A stretch of 64,000 bases of DNA from positions 186,371 to 250,370 of the forward strand of contig JBBTXE010000001.1 of assembly GCA_038062455.1 (NCBI GenBank), in the 5' to 3' direction. A program made the translations under genes and the position numbers. The notes beneath the pieces were generated by a model that searched no databases, was not told the DNA's origin, and worked only from the letters and a program-made list of their open reading frames with translations. Shown one piece after another: positions 16,174-24,001 of the stretch. The stretch is from Patescibacteria group bacterium (GTDB lineage Bacteria; Patescibacteriota; Microgenomatia; UBA12405). Each line of letters begins with the position of its first letter. The stretch's first letter is position 1.

Positions 16174-16190
16174 TTAGAAATTAGAAATTA
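16174..16190. repeat. 7-nt tandem repeat TTAGAAA x2.5 (intergenic dprA/yraN)
   Basis: ttagaaa ttagaaa tta; same unit as the in-frame repeat in lysS (21160..21192). Confidence 0.6.
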
Positions 16191-16541
16191 TATTGTGATA
16201 TTTTCATAATGTCTTATTTGATTTCCTAAAATACAGACCGCATCTATCCGGTATTTAACTTGCCTTGGTTTATTCAAAAAGACATAACTTTCAGCCACTT
16301 TTTTTATTCGATACAACTTGTTTTTATTAATCATTTCCTCCGGTAATCCCAAAAAGTCATCAGTTTTATATTTAACTTCCACAAACACCAGCCAGTCGTG
16401 ATCAGTCATTATCAAATCAATTTCTCCTAGTATATTCTCATAATTTTTCTCCACCAATTCAAACCCCTTTTTCAAAAGATACTCCAAAGCCACCCCTTCT
16501 CCCCGTTTTCCCTTATTGTAATTTTCAATTTTTGTTTTCAT
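16188..16541 (-). CDS. yraN: YraN-family (UPF0102) endonuclease-like protein
   Basis: 117 aa; GEIDLIM...LVFVEVKY...RIDAV pattern. Confidence 0.8.
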   Translation of the reverse strand: MKTKIENYNKGKRGEGVALEYLLKKGFELVEKNYENILGEIDLIMTDHDWLVFVEVKYKTDDFLGLPEEMINKNKLYRIKKVAESYVFLNKPRQVKYRIDAVCILGNQIRHYENITI

Positions 16542-16555
16542 AATTTGGTATTTTT

Positions 16556-16600
16556 CCCTTTTTCAAGGGGAAATACCCCGCGACAGCGGGGAAAGGGGTT
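16556..16600. repeat. GC-rich hairpin element (member a of a 3-copy family)
   Basis: ccctttttcaagggg + ccccgcgacagcgggg + aaaggggtt. Resembles 20134..20165 and 23831..23899. Confidence 0.5.
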
Positions 16601-18132
16601 TACAGATCTGTTTTAATCCTATACTGCAGCGCTTCGGCTATATGGGCATCGGAAATTACCTCCTTTTTATCGAGGTCGGCAATAGTTCTGGCTACTTTGA
16701 TTAAACGAAAATAAGTCCGGGCTGACAAGGAAAATTTATTTACTGCCTGTTTTAACAATAAATTTGCTCCATCTGAAAATTGAGCGTATTCCTTAAGATG
16801 TTTATTTTTCATATCCGAATTGCTATGAATATTTCTTAGTCCCTTGAATCTTTCCTGTTGAATTTTTCGGGCGGCTACCACCCGCTCCCTAATTACTGCC
16901 GATTTTTCGCCCACATACTTATCCTTATCAATCATCAGTTTATTTACATCTACCGATGGAACCGTTAAATGTAAATCAATCCGGTCCATTACCGGCCCCG
17001 ACAACTTCCGCTGATAATTCATAATCTGATGGAGAGAACATTTGCATTCCTTTTTCTCATCCCCTAAATAACCACACGGGCAGGGGTTTGACGCCGCGAT
17101 CAGCATAAATTGGGCCGGAAACTGAACACTCCCGGCCGCCCGGCATACGGTCACAAAACCATCCTCCAGCGGTTGACGCAGCGACTCCAGCGTTCCCCGT
17201 CCAAATTCGGGAAATTCATCCAAAAATAACACTCCCCGATGAGCCATGCTGATTTCTCCGGGTCGGGGATTACTTCCGCCGCCGATTAAGCCGACGAGTG
17301 AGGTGCTATGGTGAGGGCTCCGAAACGGCCGCTGGCGGATCAGTGAACCTCCGGCCGGAATATTTCCGGTAATCGAATATATTTTAGTCACTTCCAGACT
17401 TTCAGCTTCCGATAGTGGCGGTAAAATACCCGGCATTGCTCGAGACAACATTGTTTTTCCCGACCCCGGCGGCCCGACCATAAATAAATTGTGGCCTCCG
17501 GCGGCCGCAATTTCCATGGCTCTTTTAGCAAATTCCTGTCCCAAGACTTCGGCGAAATCAAATTCCGGACCCGAATATTCCAATTCACCCTCCACAATTG
17601 TTTTTAGAGGAATTATTTCTTTTTGTCCGTTTAGATGTCGTATTACCTCAATTAAATTAGTTACCGGAAATACTTTTATTCCCTCAATTACCGCCGCTTC
17701 ATTGGCACATTCCCGGGGAACAAATATATTTTTGATTTCATTTTCTTTAGCCAATATTGCCAGTAAAAATACCCCGCGGGTGTGTCGCAAGGAACCGTCG
17801 AGTGACACTTCTCCAAAAAAGTACGACTTTTCCTCAATTTTATTTACCGCTCCCGACGACGCCAGTATCCCCAACGCCAAAGGCAAATCAAAAAATGATC
17901 CGTCTTTTGGTAAATCCGCCGGTGCTAAATTAATCGTAATTTTGGCATTGGGAAACTCAAAATCGGAATTGACAATCGCCGTTTTAACCCGTTCTTTCGC
18001 CTCTTCGGCCGATTTGCTTTGCAATCCCACAATCGTGTATCCCGGGAAACCCTTTTCGGCCACATTGACCTCAACCTCAATTTCCACTGCCTTCAACCCA
18101 TAATTGGCCGCGCTCCAAATTTTTGTTAGCAT
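16600..18132 (-). CDS. comM: Mg-chelatase-like ATPase YifB/ComM
   Basis: The ORF track starts at 18186. The conserved N-terminus begins at M19 (MLTKIWSAANYGL), so the start is 18132. Walker A GPPGSGKTM; LFLDEFPEF; Cys cluster CPCGYLGDEKKECKC. Confidence 0.85.
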   Translation of the reverse strand: MLTKIWSAANYGLKAVEIEVEVNVAEKGFPGYTIVGLQSKSAEEAKERVKTAIVNSDFEFPNAKITINLAPADLPKDGSFFDLPLALGILASSGAVNKIEEKSYFFGEVSLDGSLRHTRGVFLLAILAKENEIKNIFVPRECANEAAVIEGIKVFPVTNLIEVIRHLNGQKEIIPLKTIVEGELEYSGPEFDFAEVLGQEFAKRAMEIAAAGGHNLFMVGPPGSGKTMLSRAMPGILPPLSEAESLEVTKIYSITGNIPAGGSLIRQRPFRSPHHSTSLVGLIGGGSNPRPGEISMAHRGVLFLDEFPEFGRGTLESLRQPLEDGFVTVCRAAGSVQFPAQFMLIAASNPCPCGYLGDEKKECKCSLHQIMNYQRKLSGPVMDRIDLHLTVPSVDVNKLMIDKDKYVGEKSAVIRERVVAARKIQQERFKGLRNIHSNSDMKNKHLKEYAQFSDGANLLLKQAVNKFSLSARTYFRLIKVARTIADLDKKEVISDAHIAEALQYRIKTDL

Positions 18133-18233
18133 TATCACTATTAATTTAACACCTTTAATAACCCATTCGTTTAAAGAACTAGTCACTAATCTCAGCGTCT
18201 GTTAATCAAAAAAAATTGTTATAATTTGAGGCC

Positions 18234-18929
18234 ATAAAAACAACTGTTTCAGTAATTGTTCCCTGTTTCAATGAAAATCATCGCATATTGTCGGTTATAT
18301 CAGCCATTAAACAATCAAAGTACTTTCCGGAAATTATTGTCGTGGACGACGGTTCCGATACAAGCTCCAAAAAAATTTTATCCAAAATTAAAAAAATAAT
18401 ATTGCTGACTCATCCCCGAAATATAGGTAAATCAAAAGCCATGCTTTCTGGTCTACTTAAGGCCAAAAATAATATAATTGTTTTTGTCGATGCCGATTTA
18501 AGAAATTTTACCCCGCCCCACCTTGATCTTTTGGTTGATACTTTTATTAAAACCAAAGTCTCCATGCTTTTGGGTGATCGTGAATATGAAGTCTTTTATG
18601 GCCGTCTTTCCGGATTTTCTTTAGCTTTTACTGGTGAACGGGTTTTTTGGCGCCACCAACTGATTAAATTAAAATCGCTTTTCTTTTTTGATAACTACTT
18701 AATTGAACCTTCGCTCAACCGATACTATTTTCATCATCGGAAAGTGTCATCCGTATTTTTAAGTCAGCTTGGTCAAACAGAAAAAATCACTAAGCAGGGA
18801 ATTTACGGTTTTATTAAAGATATTAAAATGCTTTTTGATATCATTCATTTTCTTGGTCTCCAAGAATTCCTTTTTCAGCTAAATTTCGCCGGGAATCTCC
18901 GTCGTCACCAGTTCCGCCAAAACCACTAA
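18234..18929 (+). CDS. Family-2 glycosyltransferase (start codon unresolved)
   Basis: ORF track starts at TTG 18288, but the conserved GT2 N-terminus (I)KTTVSVIVPCFNENHRI is encoded in frame from 18234. No ATG/GTG/TTG lies between the stop at 18222 and 18288; codon 18234 is ATA. DDGSDT, VDADL motifs. Confidence 0.55.
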   Translation: MKTTVSVIVPCFNENHRILSVISAIKQSKYFPEIIVVDDGSDTSSKKILSKIKKIILLTHPRNIGKSKAMLSGLLKAKNNIIVFVDADLRNFTPPHLDLLVDTFIKTKVSMLLGDREYEVFYGRLSGFSLAFTGERVFWRHQLIKLKSLFFFDNYLIEPSLNRYYFHHRKVSSVFLSQLGQTEKITKQGIYGFIKDIKMLFDIIHFLGLQEFLFQLNFAGNLRRHQFRQNH

Positions 18930-19586
18930 CCTCTGCCAGTCAGTCCCGATCGGCCAGCAGCTTTGAAGTATCAATATTTCCCGCCGGGGATCCGAATAGC
19001 TTAAGTACTGGATATCTTCAGCCTTAACGATTTTTTTGTCTATTACCTTATAAGTAAAGTCTTTACCCTCAAAACCAATAAAGATCTTATCTCCCGGCTG
19101 GAGTTCGCCAAGTAGATAAAAAACCGCATTTTTAGCCACCATGTTCAAACCCTGTCTGGTTGAATGGGCGAAAATATAGGTTGATTTTCCCACCCCGCTT
19201 CCGGGAGGATAACTGCCCTTAGCTTGGGCTACCACATCGGTTTTTAGTACCTTTTTATATTCAGCGGCGTCAAAAGGAGACACGTTGGCCACTACCTCGG
19301 AAATTGCCATAATTTTGGGAATTTGAATCATGTATTTGTTAGTGATTTGTAACTGCGTATCCATTACTTCTGTTTTTGCTTCGGGTGCTGTTGTTTTATA
19401 CCGGTAAATAGCGCCGAAAAGTGGATAATATAGAACCAGAAGATATCCCAAAGAAAGTCCTAAAATTAAATTGGCCGAATAAAATATTGCTTTTTGAGTC
19501 GGTGTCGGATTCCTAAAAATAATCCCGAAACCACCACTGATTTTAACTTTTCTTTTTTTAGGAACCGCTCGGAAAAAATCCAGCAT
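18879..19586 (-). CDS. Sortase-family transpeptidase
   Basis: N-terminal TM; catalytic-type motifs IFAHSTR (His), LILQSCWP (TLxTC-like Cys), downstream Arg (QRLVV). Confidence 0.7.
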   Translation of the reverse strand: MLDFFRAVPKKRKVKISGGFGIIFRNPTPTQKAIFYSANLILGLSLGYLLVLYYPLFGAIYRYKTTAPEAKTEVMDTQLQITNKYMIQIPKIMAISEVVANVSPFDAAEYKKVLKTDVVAQAKGSYPPGSGVGKSTYIFAHSTRQGLNMVAKNAVFYLLGELQPGDKIFIGFEGKDFTYKVIDKKIVKAEDIQYLSYSDPRREILILQSCWPIGTDWQRLVVLAELVTTEIPGEI

Positions 19587-19590
19587 TTAT

Positions 19591-19619
19591 TTGACAAACA
19601 TCTTCGTCTAGTTTAACAT
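19591..19619 (+). promoter_or_regulatory. Putative promoter of greA
   Basis: TTGACA (19591..19596), 17 nt, TAACAT (19614..19619); SD-like AAGGGG 8 nt before the ATG. Confidence 0.45.
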
Positions 19620-19672
19620 TCAGAACCATTCTTTTCCCCAAGATTGAAAAGTCAATATTAAGGGGATTTTTT

Positions 19673-20131
19673 ATGACCAAACAACAACTTACCCGGGAGG
19701 GTTACCAAAAACTACAGCAGGAATTAACCAATCTCCGCGCTAAAGCCGATCATCTGGTCGGTCAGGTTGAGGAAGTGGCTCAACCTGACGAATCCGGCGA
19801 GGACTCCCTCGTCTCTCAACTCAAAGCCGAGTTGGAAGTAGTCAATTCCAAGATTGATTCTCTGCAGGAAGCTCTGAAAAATGCCGAAATCATCAATGGC
19901 CACCAATCCAGGACCACGGTCGGCATTGGTTCCAAAGTCAAAATTCGGGTATCCGGAAAAGTTGAAAAAATCTTTCATGTTGTCAGCGAATTTGAAGCTG
20001 ACCCCTCCGCCAATAAAATTTCTGACCAGTCCCCGTTAGGAAAAGCCCTCATCGGCAAAAAAGTCAACGAGAATTTTGAAATCGAAGCCCCCGTCGGCAA
20101 ACTAACCTACAAAGTTGTCTCTATCGAGTAA
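19673..20131 (+). CDS. greA: Transcription elongation factor GreA
   Basis: 152 aa; LTREGYQKLQQEL coiled-coil N-domain; C-terminal SDQSPLGKALIGKKV motif. Confidence 0.9.
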   Translation: MTKQQLTREGYQKLQQELTNLRAKADHLVGQVEEVAQPDESGEDSLVSQLKAELEVVNSKIDSLQEALKNAEIINGHQSRTTVGIGSKVKIRVSGKVEKIFHVVSEFEADPSANKISDQSPLGKALIGKKVNENFEIEAPVGKLTYKVVSIE

Positions 20132-20133
20132 TT

Positions 20134-20165
20134 TCTCCCCCTGTCAAGGGGGATTAAGGGGGTTT
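20134..20165. repeat. GC-rich hairpin element (member b)
   Basis: tctccccctgtcaagggggattaagggggttt, immediately after the greA stop. Confidence 0.5.
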
Positions 20166-20175
20166 AAAATAAGTT

Positions 20176-22035
20176 ATGTCGGATCTCACCGATCAACGCC
20201 TCCAAAAACTGGCCGCTATCAAAAAACTAAAACTTGATCCCTATCCTCAACCCAACCTGGAAAAACGGGACTGGTGTCAGGAAGCTGCTCAAAAACTTGA
20301 TAAAATCGTTACTGTTGCCGGCCGTCTCCTGCTTCTCCGCGGCCACGGCAAAATTTTGTTTGCCGATCTTGTCGACAAAACCGGCAAAATCCAACTTTTT
20401 TTTGAACAAAACACTCTTGACGCTAAAATGGGTTTGGTTAAACTTTTAGATTTAGGTGACATTATTTCCGCCATCGGCACCGTTTTCAAAACTCAAGCCG
20501 GTGAAATTACCGTTCGGGTTTCTGAATTTCAAATTCTGGCCAAAAATCTCCGCCCTCTTCCGGAAAAATTTCATGGGCTGACCGATGTCGAGGAACGCTA
20601 TCGTCAACGTTACGTTGATCTGATTGTCAATCCTGCATCCCGGGAAGTTTTTCTCACCCGTAGCAAAATATTAACCGAAATGAGGCGTTTTTTTGACGTT
20701 CATGGCTTTTTGGAAGTCGAAACTCCCATCTTGCAGCCGGTCTATGGCGGCGCCTCGGCCAAACCTTTTGTCACCCGCCACCATGAATTAAATCAGGACA
20801 TGTATCTGCGGATTTCCGATGAACTTTATCTAAAACGCCTGATTGTCGGCGGTCTGGAAAAAGTCTATGAGGTTTCCCGGGATTTTCGTAATGAAAGTGT
20901 CTCCCGTTTTCACAATCCCGAATTTACTCAAGTCGAATTTTATTGGGCCTATGTTGACTATGAAGTCCTGATGCGTTTTACCGAAGAGCTGATCTCTCAT
21001 TTGGTCAATACCATCAAAGGTTCTTTAAAAGTCACTTTCCAAAACCAAACCATCGATTTTACCCCGCCATATCCGCGTCTCACTTTCCGCGATGCTGTCC
21101 TCAAATACACCAAAATTAACATCGACGATATTAATACCGAATCCGATTTTATTCATGCATTAGAAATTAGACATTTGAAATTAGAAATTACGGGGCTCAT
21201 TGGCTTAGGAGCCCTGTTCGACGCCCTCTACAAAGAATATGTTCGCCCCAAGCTAATCGGTCCGCTTTTCCTTACCGATTATCCTTCAGAAATGATTGCT
21301 CTGGCCAAAAGGAAAGCCGATGACCCCCGAAAAATTGCCTCTTTTCAGCTTTTAGCCTGTGGTACCGAGCTTTTAAAAGCCTACAATGAGTTAAATGATC
21401 CCCGGGATCAAAAAGACCGTTGGCTTCAGGAAGAAATCTTGGCCAAAAGGGGATTGGAATCGGCCATGCCGATTGATGATGATTATATTCGGGCCCTGGA
21501 ATACGGTATGCCGCCCACCGCCGGCTGGGGGATGGGTATTGACCGCTTCACCCAATTCTTAACCGACTCCCCTACTATCAAAGACGTAATTTTGTTCCCC
21601 TCCATGAAAAACGAAACCACCCCCGTCATTGCGACCCCCGGATCGTCATTGCGAGGTAATCCGAAGCAATCTCCACCGAGTGGCGAGATCATCATCGGTC
21701 AGGTTACGGAAATTAAAGATCACCCATCTGCTGAAAATTTAAAAGTTGTTATGGTCAAGGTTTCAGACTCCGATTCCCGCCAAATTGTCTGTGGAGCCGA
21801 TAATTATCAGGTTGGTGATCTTGTCCCGGTGGCTCTTCCCGGTACTACTGTTCCCACTCCCGATGGCGGTACTCAAGTTATTGCCAAGGTTAAACTTCGC
21901 GGTGTTGAATCTGACGGCATGCTCTGTTCACCCCTAGAAGTCGGCGCTTCCTCCGATCACACCACTATTCACATCCTTTCAAAAGAACTCGAAAAGCATC
22001 TGGGGAAACCTATTGTTGAATATCTGAAGGAATAA
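20176..22035 (+). CDS. lysS: Lysyl-tRNA synthetase (class II) with C-terminal tRNA_bind (Trbp111/CsaA-like) domain
   Basis: 619 aa. OB anticodon domain; class II motifs (RDFRNESVSRFHNPEFTQVEFY, GMGIDR). Extra ~115 aa C-terminal domain GQVTEIKDHPSAENLKVVMVKV...IVCGADNYQVGDLVPVALPG...KLRGVESDGMLCS. Confidence 0.9.
   Translation: MSDLTDQRLQKLAAIKKLKLDPYPQPNLEKRDWCQEAAQKLDKIVTVAGRLLLLRGHGKILFADLVDKTGKIQLFFEQNTLDAKMGLVKLLDLGDIISAIGTVFKTQAGEITVRVSEFQILAKNLRPLPEKFHGLTDVEERYRQRYVDLIVNPASREVFLTRSKILTEMRRFFDVHGFLEVETPILQPVYGGASAKPFVTRHHELNQDMYLRISDELYLKRLIVGGLEKVYEVSRDFRNESVSRFHNPEFTQVEFYWAYVDYEVLMRFTEELISHLVNTIKGSLKVTFQNQTIDFTPPYPRLTFRDAVLKYTKINIDDINTESDFIHALEIRHLKLEITGLIGLGALFDALYKEYVRPKLIGPLFLTDYPSEMIALAKRKADDPRKIASFQLLACGTELLKAYNELNDPRDQKDRWLQEEILAKRGLESAMPIDDDYIRALEYGMPPTAGWGMGIDRFTQFLTDSPTIKDVILFPSMKNETTPVIATPGSSLRGNPKQSPPSGEIIIGQVTEIKDHPSAENLKVVMVKVSDSDSRQIVCGADNYQVGDLVPVALPGTTVPTPDGGTQVIAKVKLRGVESDGMLCSPLEVGASSDHTTIHILSKELEKHLGKPIVEYLKE
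21160..21192 (+). repeat. 7-nt tandem repeat (TTAGAAA-like x ~4.5) in frame inside lysS
   Basis: ttagaaa ttagaca tttgaaa ttagaaa ttacg encodes LEIRHLKLEIT. Confidence 0.75.
21623..21690 (+). repeat. In-frame copy of the GTCATTGCGAG palindromic element inside lysS
   Basis: cgtcattgcgac ccccggat cgtcattgcgaggtaatccgaagcaatctcc..., versus the intergenic copy cgtcattgcgagggtaataccaaagcaatcacc at 7561. Translated as PVIATPGSSLRGNPKQSPPSGEII. Confidence 0.75.
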
Positions 22036-22240
22036 AACGTCGTGCAATTTCAGTTAAAGTACCGCCAATAGTAATCAATAACTGTTCTGAACCACTTAAA
22101 CTAATTCTGCCAACCATATCTGGAAAAGATGCTTCTCCAATCTCAATCGCCCCCCTCCAATCACCTTCCGTTAATCTTCGCCTCGCTCCGGCATGTACCA
22201 CACCAAGCGTCAAAAGGTAGCCTACATCTTTACTAGCCAT
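22010..22240 (-). CDS. Hypothetical small protein (76 aa), doubtful
   Basis: ORF only; overlaps the lysS 3' end by 26 nt; no recognisable motif. Confidence 0.25.
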   Translation of the reverse strand: MASKDVGYLLTLGVVHAGARRRLTEGDWRGAIEIGEASFPDMVGRISLSGSEQLLITIGGTLTEIARRFIPSDIQQ

Positions 22241-22266
22241 ATGCGAATTTTACCACATATGCGGGT

Positions 22267-22524
22267 TTATTCGCTGGCTTTGTAGACGATATCACCTGTT
22301 TTGACTGCCGCTGTCACTTTCAAAGCCGCTTCTTTTCCCTTAGCCACTCCGTCCACTTGAGCATGCTCAACCTGCATTGACTCCACTTTTTGTTCCAAAC
22401 CTGTTCCCTCTTCCCCGATTCGAACCATATCGCCCACATTGATTTTACCGTCAGTTGCCTCAATTACGGCCACCAATATTTTGTCAAAGTAGTGAACCAC
22501 CTTGCCCACTTTTTGATATGTCAT
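22267..22524 (-). CDS. Small EF-Tu-domain-2-like beta-barrel protein
   Basis: Prefer start M30 of the ORF (MTYQKVGKVVHYFDKILVAVIE). Pattern VGDMVRI...EQKVESMQVEHAQV..AKGKEAALKV...GDIVYK is typical of the standalone translation-factor domain II-like family. Confidence 0.55.
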   Translation of the reverse strand: MTYQKVGKVVHYFDKILVAVIEATDGKINVGDMVRIGEEGTGLEQKVESMQVEHAQVDGVAKGKEAALKVTAAVKTGDIVYKASE

Positions 22525-22566
22525 TTTTCTACCATTAATCTCTAACATGCTAATATTAGCACATAT

Positions 22567-23229
22567 ATGCCGCCTGCAAACAAATTTCACGACGATGATA
22601 TTCAAGTCCAAATATTAAAACCGCCTTTTTTTGAGCCGACAAGAATAGTGGTTAATCGGCGTGATGCTTGGCAAAAACATGAATGGATCGGTACTTTTAA
22701 TTTGTGGATTGTGCAATCGAAATCTATTCCCTCCATTATCTACCAACTTCGTGGTCCAACTATTGGTTGGGCCCCCGACAAACTAGATGTTGCCGTTGGC
22801 GGACATTATGAAAATCTTGAAAAAATTGAAGGTGGAATAAGAGAAGTTAATGAGGAAATAGGCAAAAATTATTTACCCAATGATTTAACTTTTCTTGGCA
22901 GACGATTATACGTTGGAGTAGGTCAGGATCAGGTTGTTCGGCAGAACATAGTTGATATTTACTTAACCGAAGATAATTTGGAATTAAACACATTCAATTT
23001 ACAAAAAAAAGAACTCTATGCCCTATTTTCTATCCCAATAGTAAATTTACTTAATCTATATTCAGGAAAGTTCGACACTTTTTCGGTCACTGGAATAAAA
23101 GCCGATAATACCCCCATTGAATACGAAGTAAACAAAAATAGCTTTCCTCCCAACTTCGATCCCTATCACTATAAAATGGCTCTTCTTATCGATCGCTATT
23201 TTAAAGGTGAGAGAAACTTAATGTATTAA
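22567..23229 (+). CDS. Nudix hydrolase family protein
   Basis: Nudix box GGHYENLEKIEGGIREVNEEIG. Confidence 0.7.
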   Translation: MPPANKFHDDDIQVQILKPPFFEPTRIVVNRRDAWQKHEWIGTFNLWIVQSKSIPSIIYQLRGPTIGWAPDKLDVAVGGHYENLEKIEGGIREVNEEIGKNYLPNDLTFLGRRLYVGVGQDQVVRQNIVDIYLTEDNLELNTFNLQKKELYALFSIPIVNLLNLYSGKFDTFSVTGIKADNTPIEYEVNKNSFPPNFDPYHYKMALLIDRYFKGERNLMY

Positions 23230-23239
23230 TATAAATAAT

Positions 23240-23830
23240 ATGGACAGACAAAAATATTTAGACGCCGTTAAATCAAACCTCGAACCCAACATCTTTAATC
23301 ACTCCTTAGCCCTCGAAGCCTGCATGGGTGGAATTTACGATTATCTTCAGTCTCAAAACCAGCTTCTTCCTGTTGAACCTTCCCGGGACGATTGGACTTT
23401 AGCCGGATTGGTTCACGATATCGATTTTGCCGGCGATACCAAGGAACAACATCCTTTAAAAACACTCGAAGTTTTAAATAAATACAATTTAGAAATTACC
23501 CCGGTTGTTCACCAAATAATTTTGGCTCATGACGGACGCCAAAAAGAAAATATTTATGACTGCAAGGCCAAGTGGGCGATATTTTGTGCCGACTCTCTTA
23601 CCGGACTGATTATGGCGGTGGCTTTTGTTTATCCCAGCCGTAAACTAGCCGATGTCAAGGTCTCATCGGTAGTCAAGCGCTTTCTTAAAGAACCCAAATT
23701 TGCCGCCGGCACCCGACGCGACGAAGTGGCTCAATGTGTCGATGTCGATAAATTGAATATTCCCTTGGAAAAATTCATCGAAATTTGTCTGACATCGATG
23801 CAACGGATAGCTGGTGAAATCGGTTTATAA
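23240..23830 (+). CDS. HD-domain metal-dependent phosphohydrolase
   Basis: HS...LAGLVHDIDF (H...HD) and later ILAHDG. Confidence 0.7.
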   Translation: MDRQKYLDAVKSNLEPNIFNHSLALEACMGGIYDYLQSQNQLLPVEPSRDDWTLAGLVHDIDFAGDTKEQHPLKTLEVLNKYNLEITPVVHQIILAHDGRQKENIYDCKAKWAIFCADSLTGLIMAVAFVYPSRKLADVKVSSVVKRFLKEPKFAAGTRRDEVAQCVDVDKLNIPLEKFIEICLTSMQRIAGEIGL

Positions 23831-23899
23831 GTCTCCCTTGCCTGCCCGCCTCTGGAGGGTCAAAGGGAGATTTAGAGGGATTGTGAAGTTGAAATCTCC
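23831..23899. repeat. GC-rich hairpin element (member c), two stem-loops
   Basis: tctccctt...aagggaga enclosing cctc-tgg-aggg, then ggagattt...aaatctcc. Directly after the HD gene stop. Confidence 0.5.
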
Positions 23900-24001
23900 G
23901 CATCTATCCGACCTAAATTAGTTTGTATATACACACCCACTCTACATTGACACATTTTGATATGTTTAAATAGGTGTTAGGATGCGGTAAAATACTCCAA
24001 G

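Noticed and set aside
17489-18103. Long antisense ORFs inside well-supported genes. Examples: 17489..18103 in comM, 5440..5826 in lon, 15585..15980 in dprA, 26498..26893 and 26121..26465 in secA, 42328..42778 in prfB, 13086..13526 and 13716..14006 around the phosphatase and ssb genes, and 44786..45095.
   Set aside because: They lie fully within genes that have clear family motifs on the other strand or frame. Their products are low-complexity, a consequence of the strong strand composition bias. They are shadow ORFs.
22010-22240. Possible toxin/antitoxin identity for the 76-aa ORF next to lysS.
   Set aside because: It has no partner gene, no recognisable motif, and it overlaps lysS. It is kept only as a low-confidence hypothetical.
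23831-24001. Possible T-box or other leader upstream of serS (a 170-nt gap containing hairpins).
   Set aside because: There is no GGGUGGNACCGCG box and no terminator/antiterminator pair. The hairpins belong to the GC-rich repeat family that follows the upstream stop codon.
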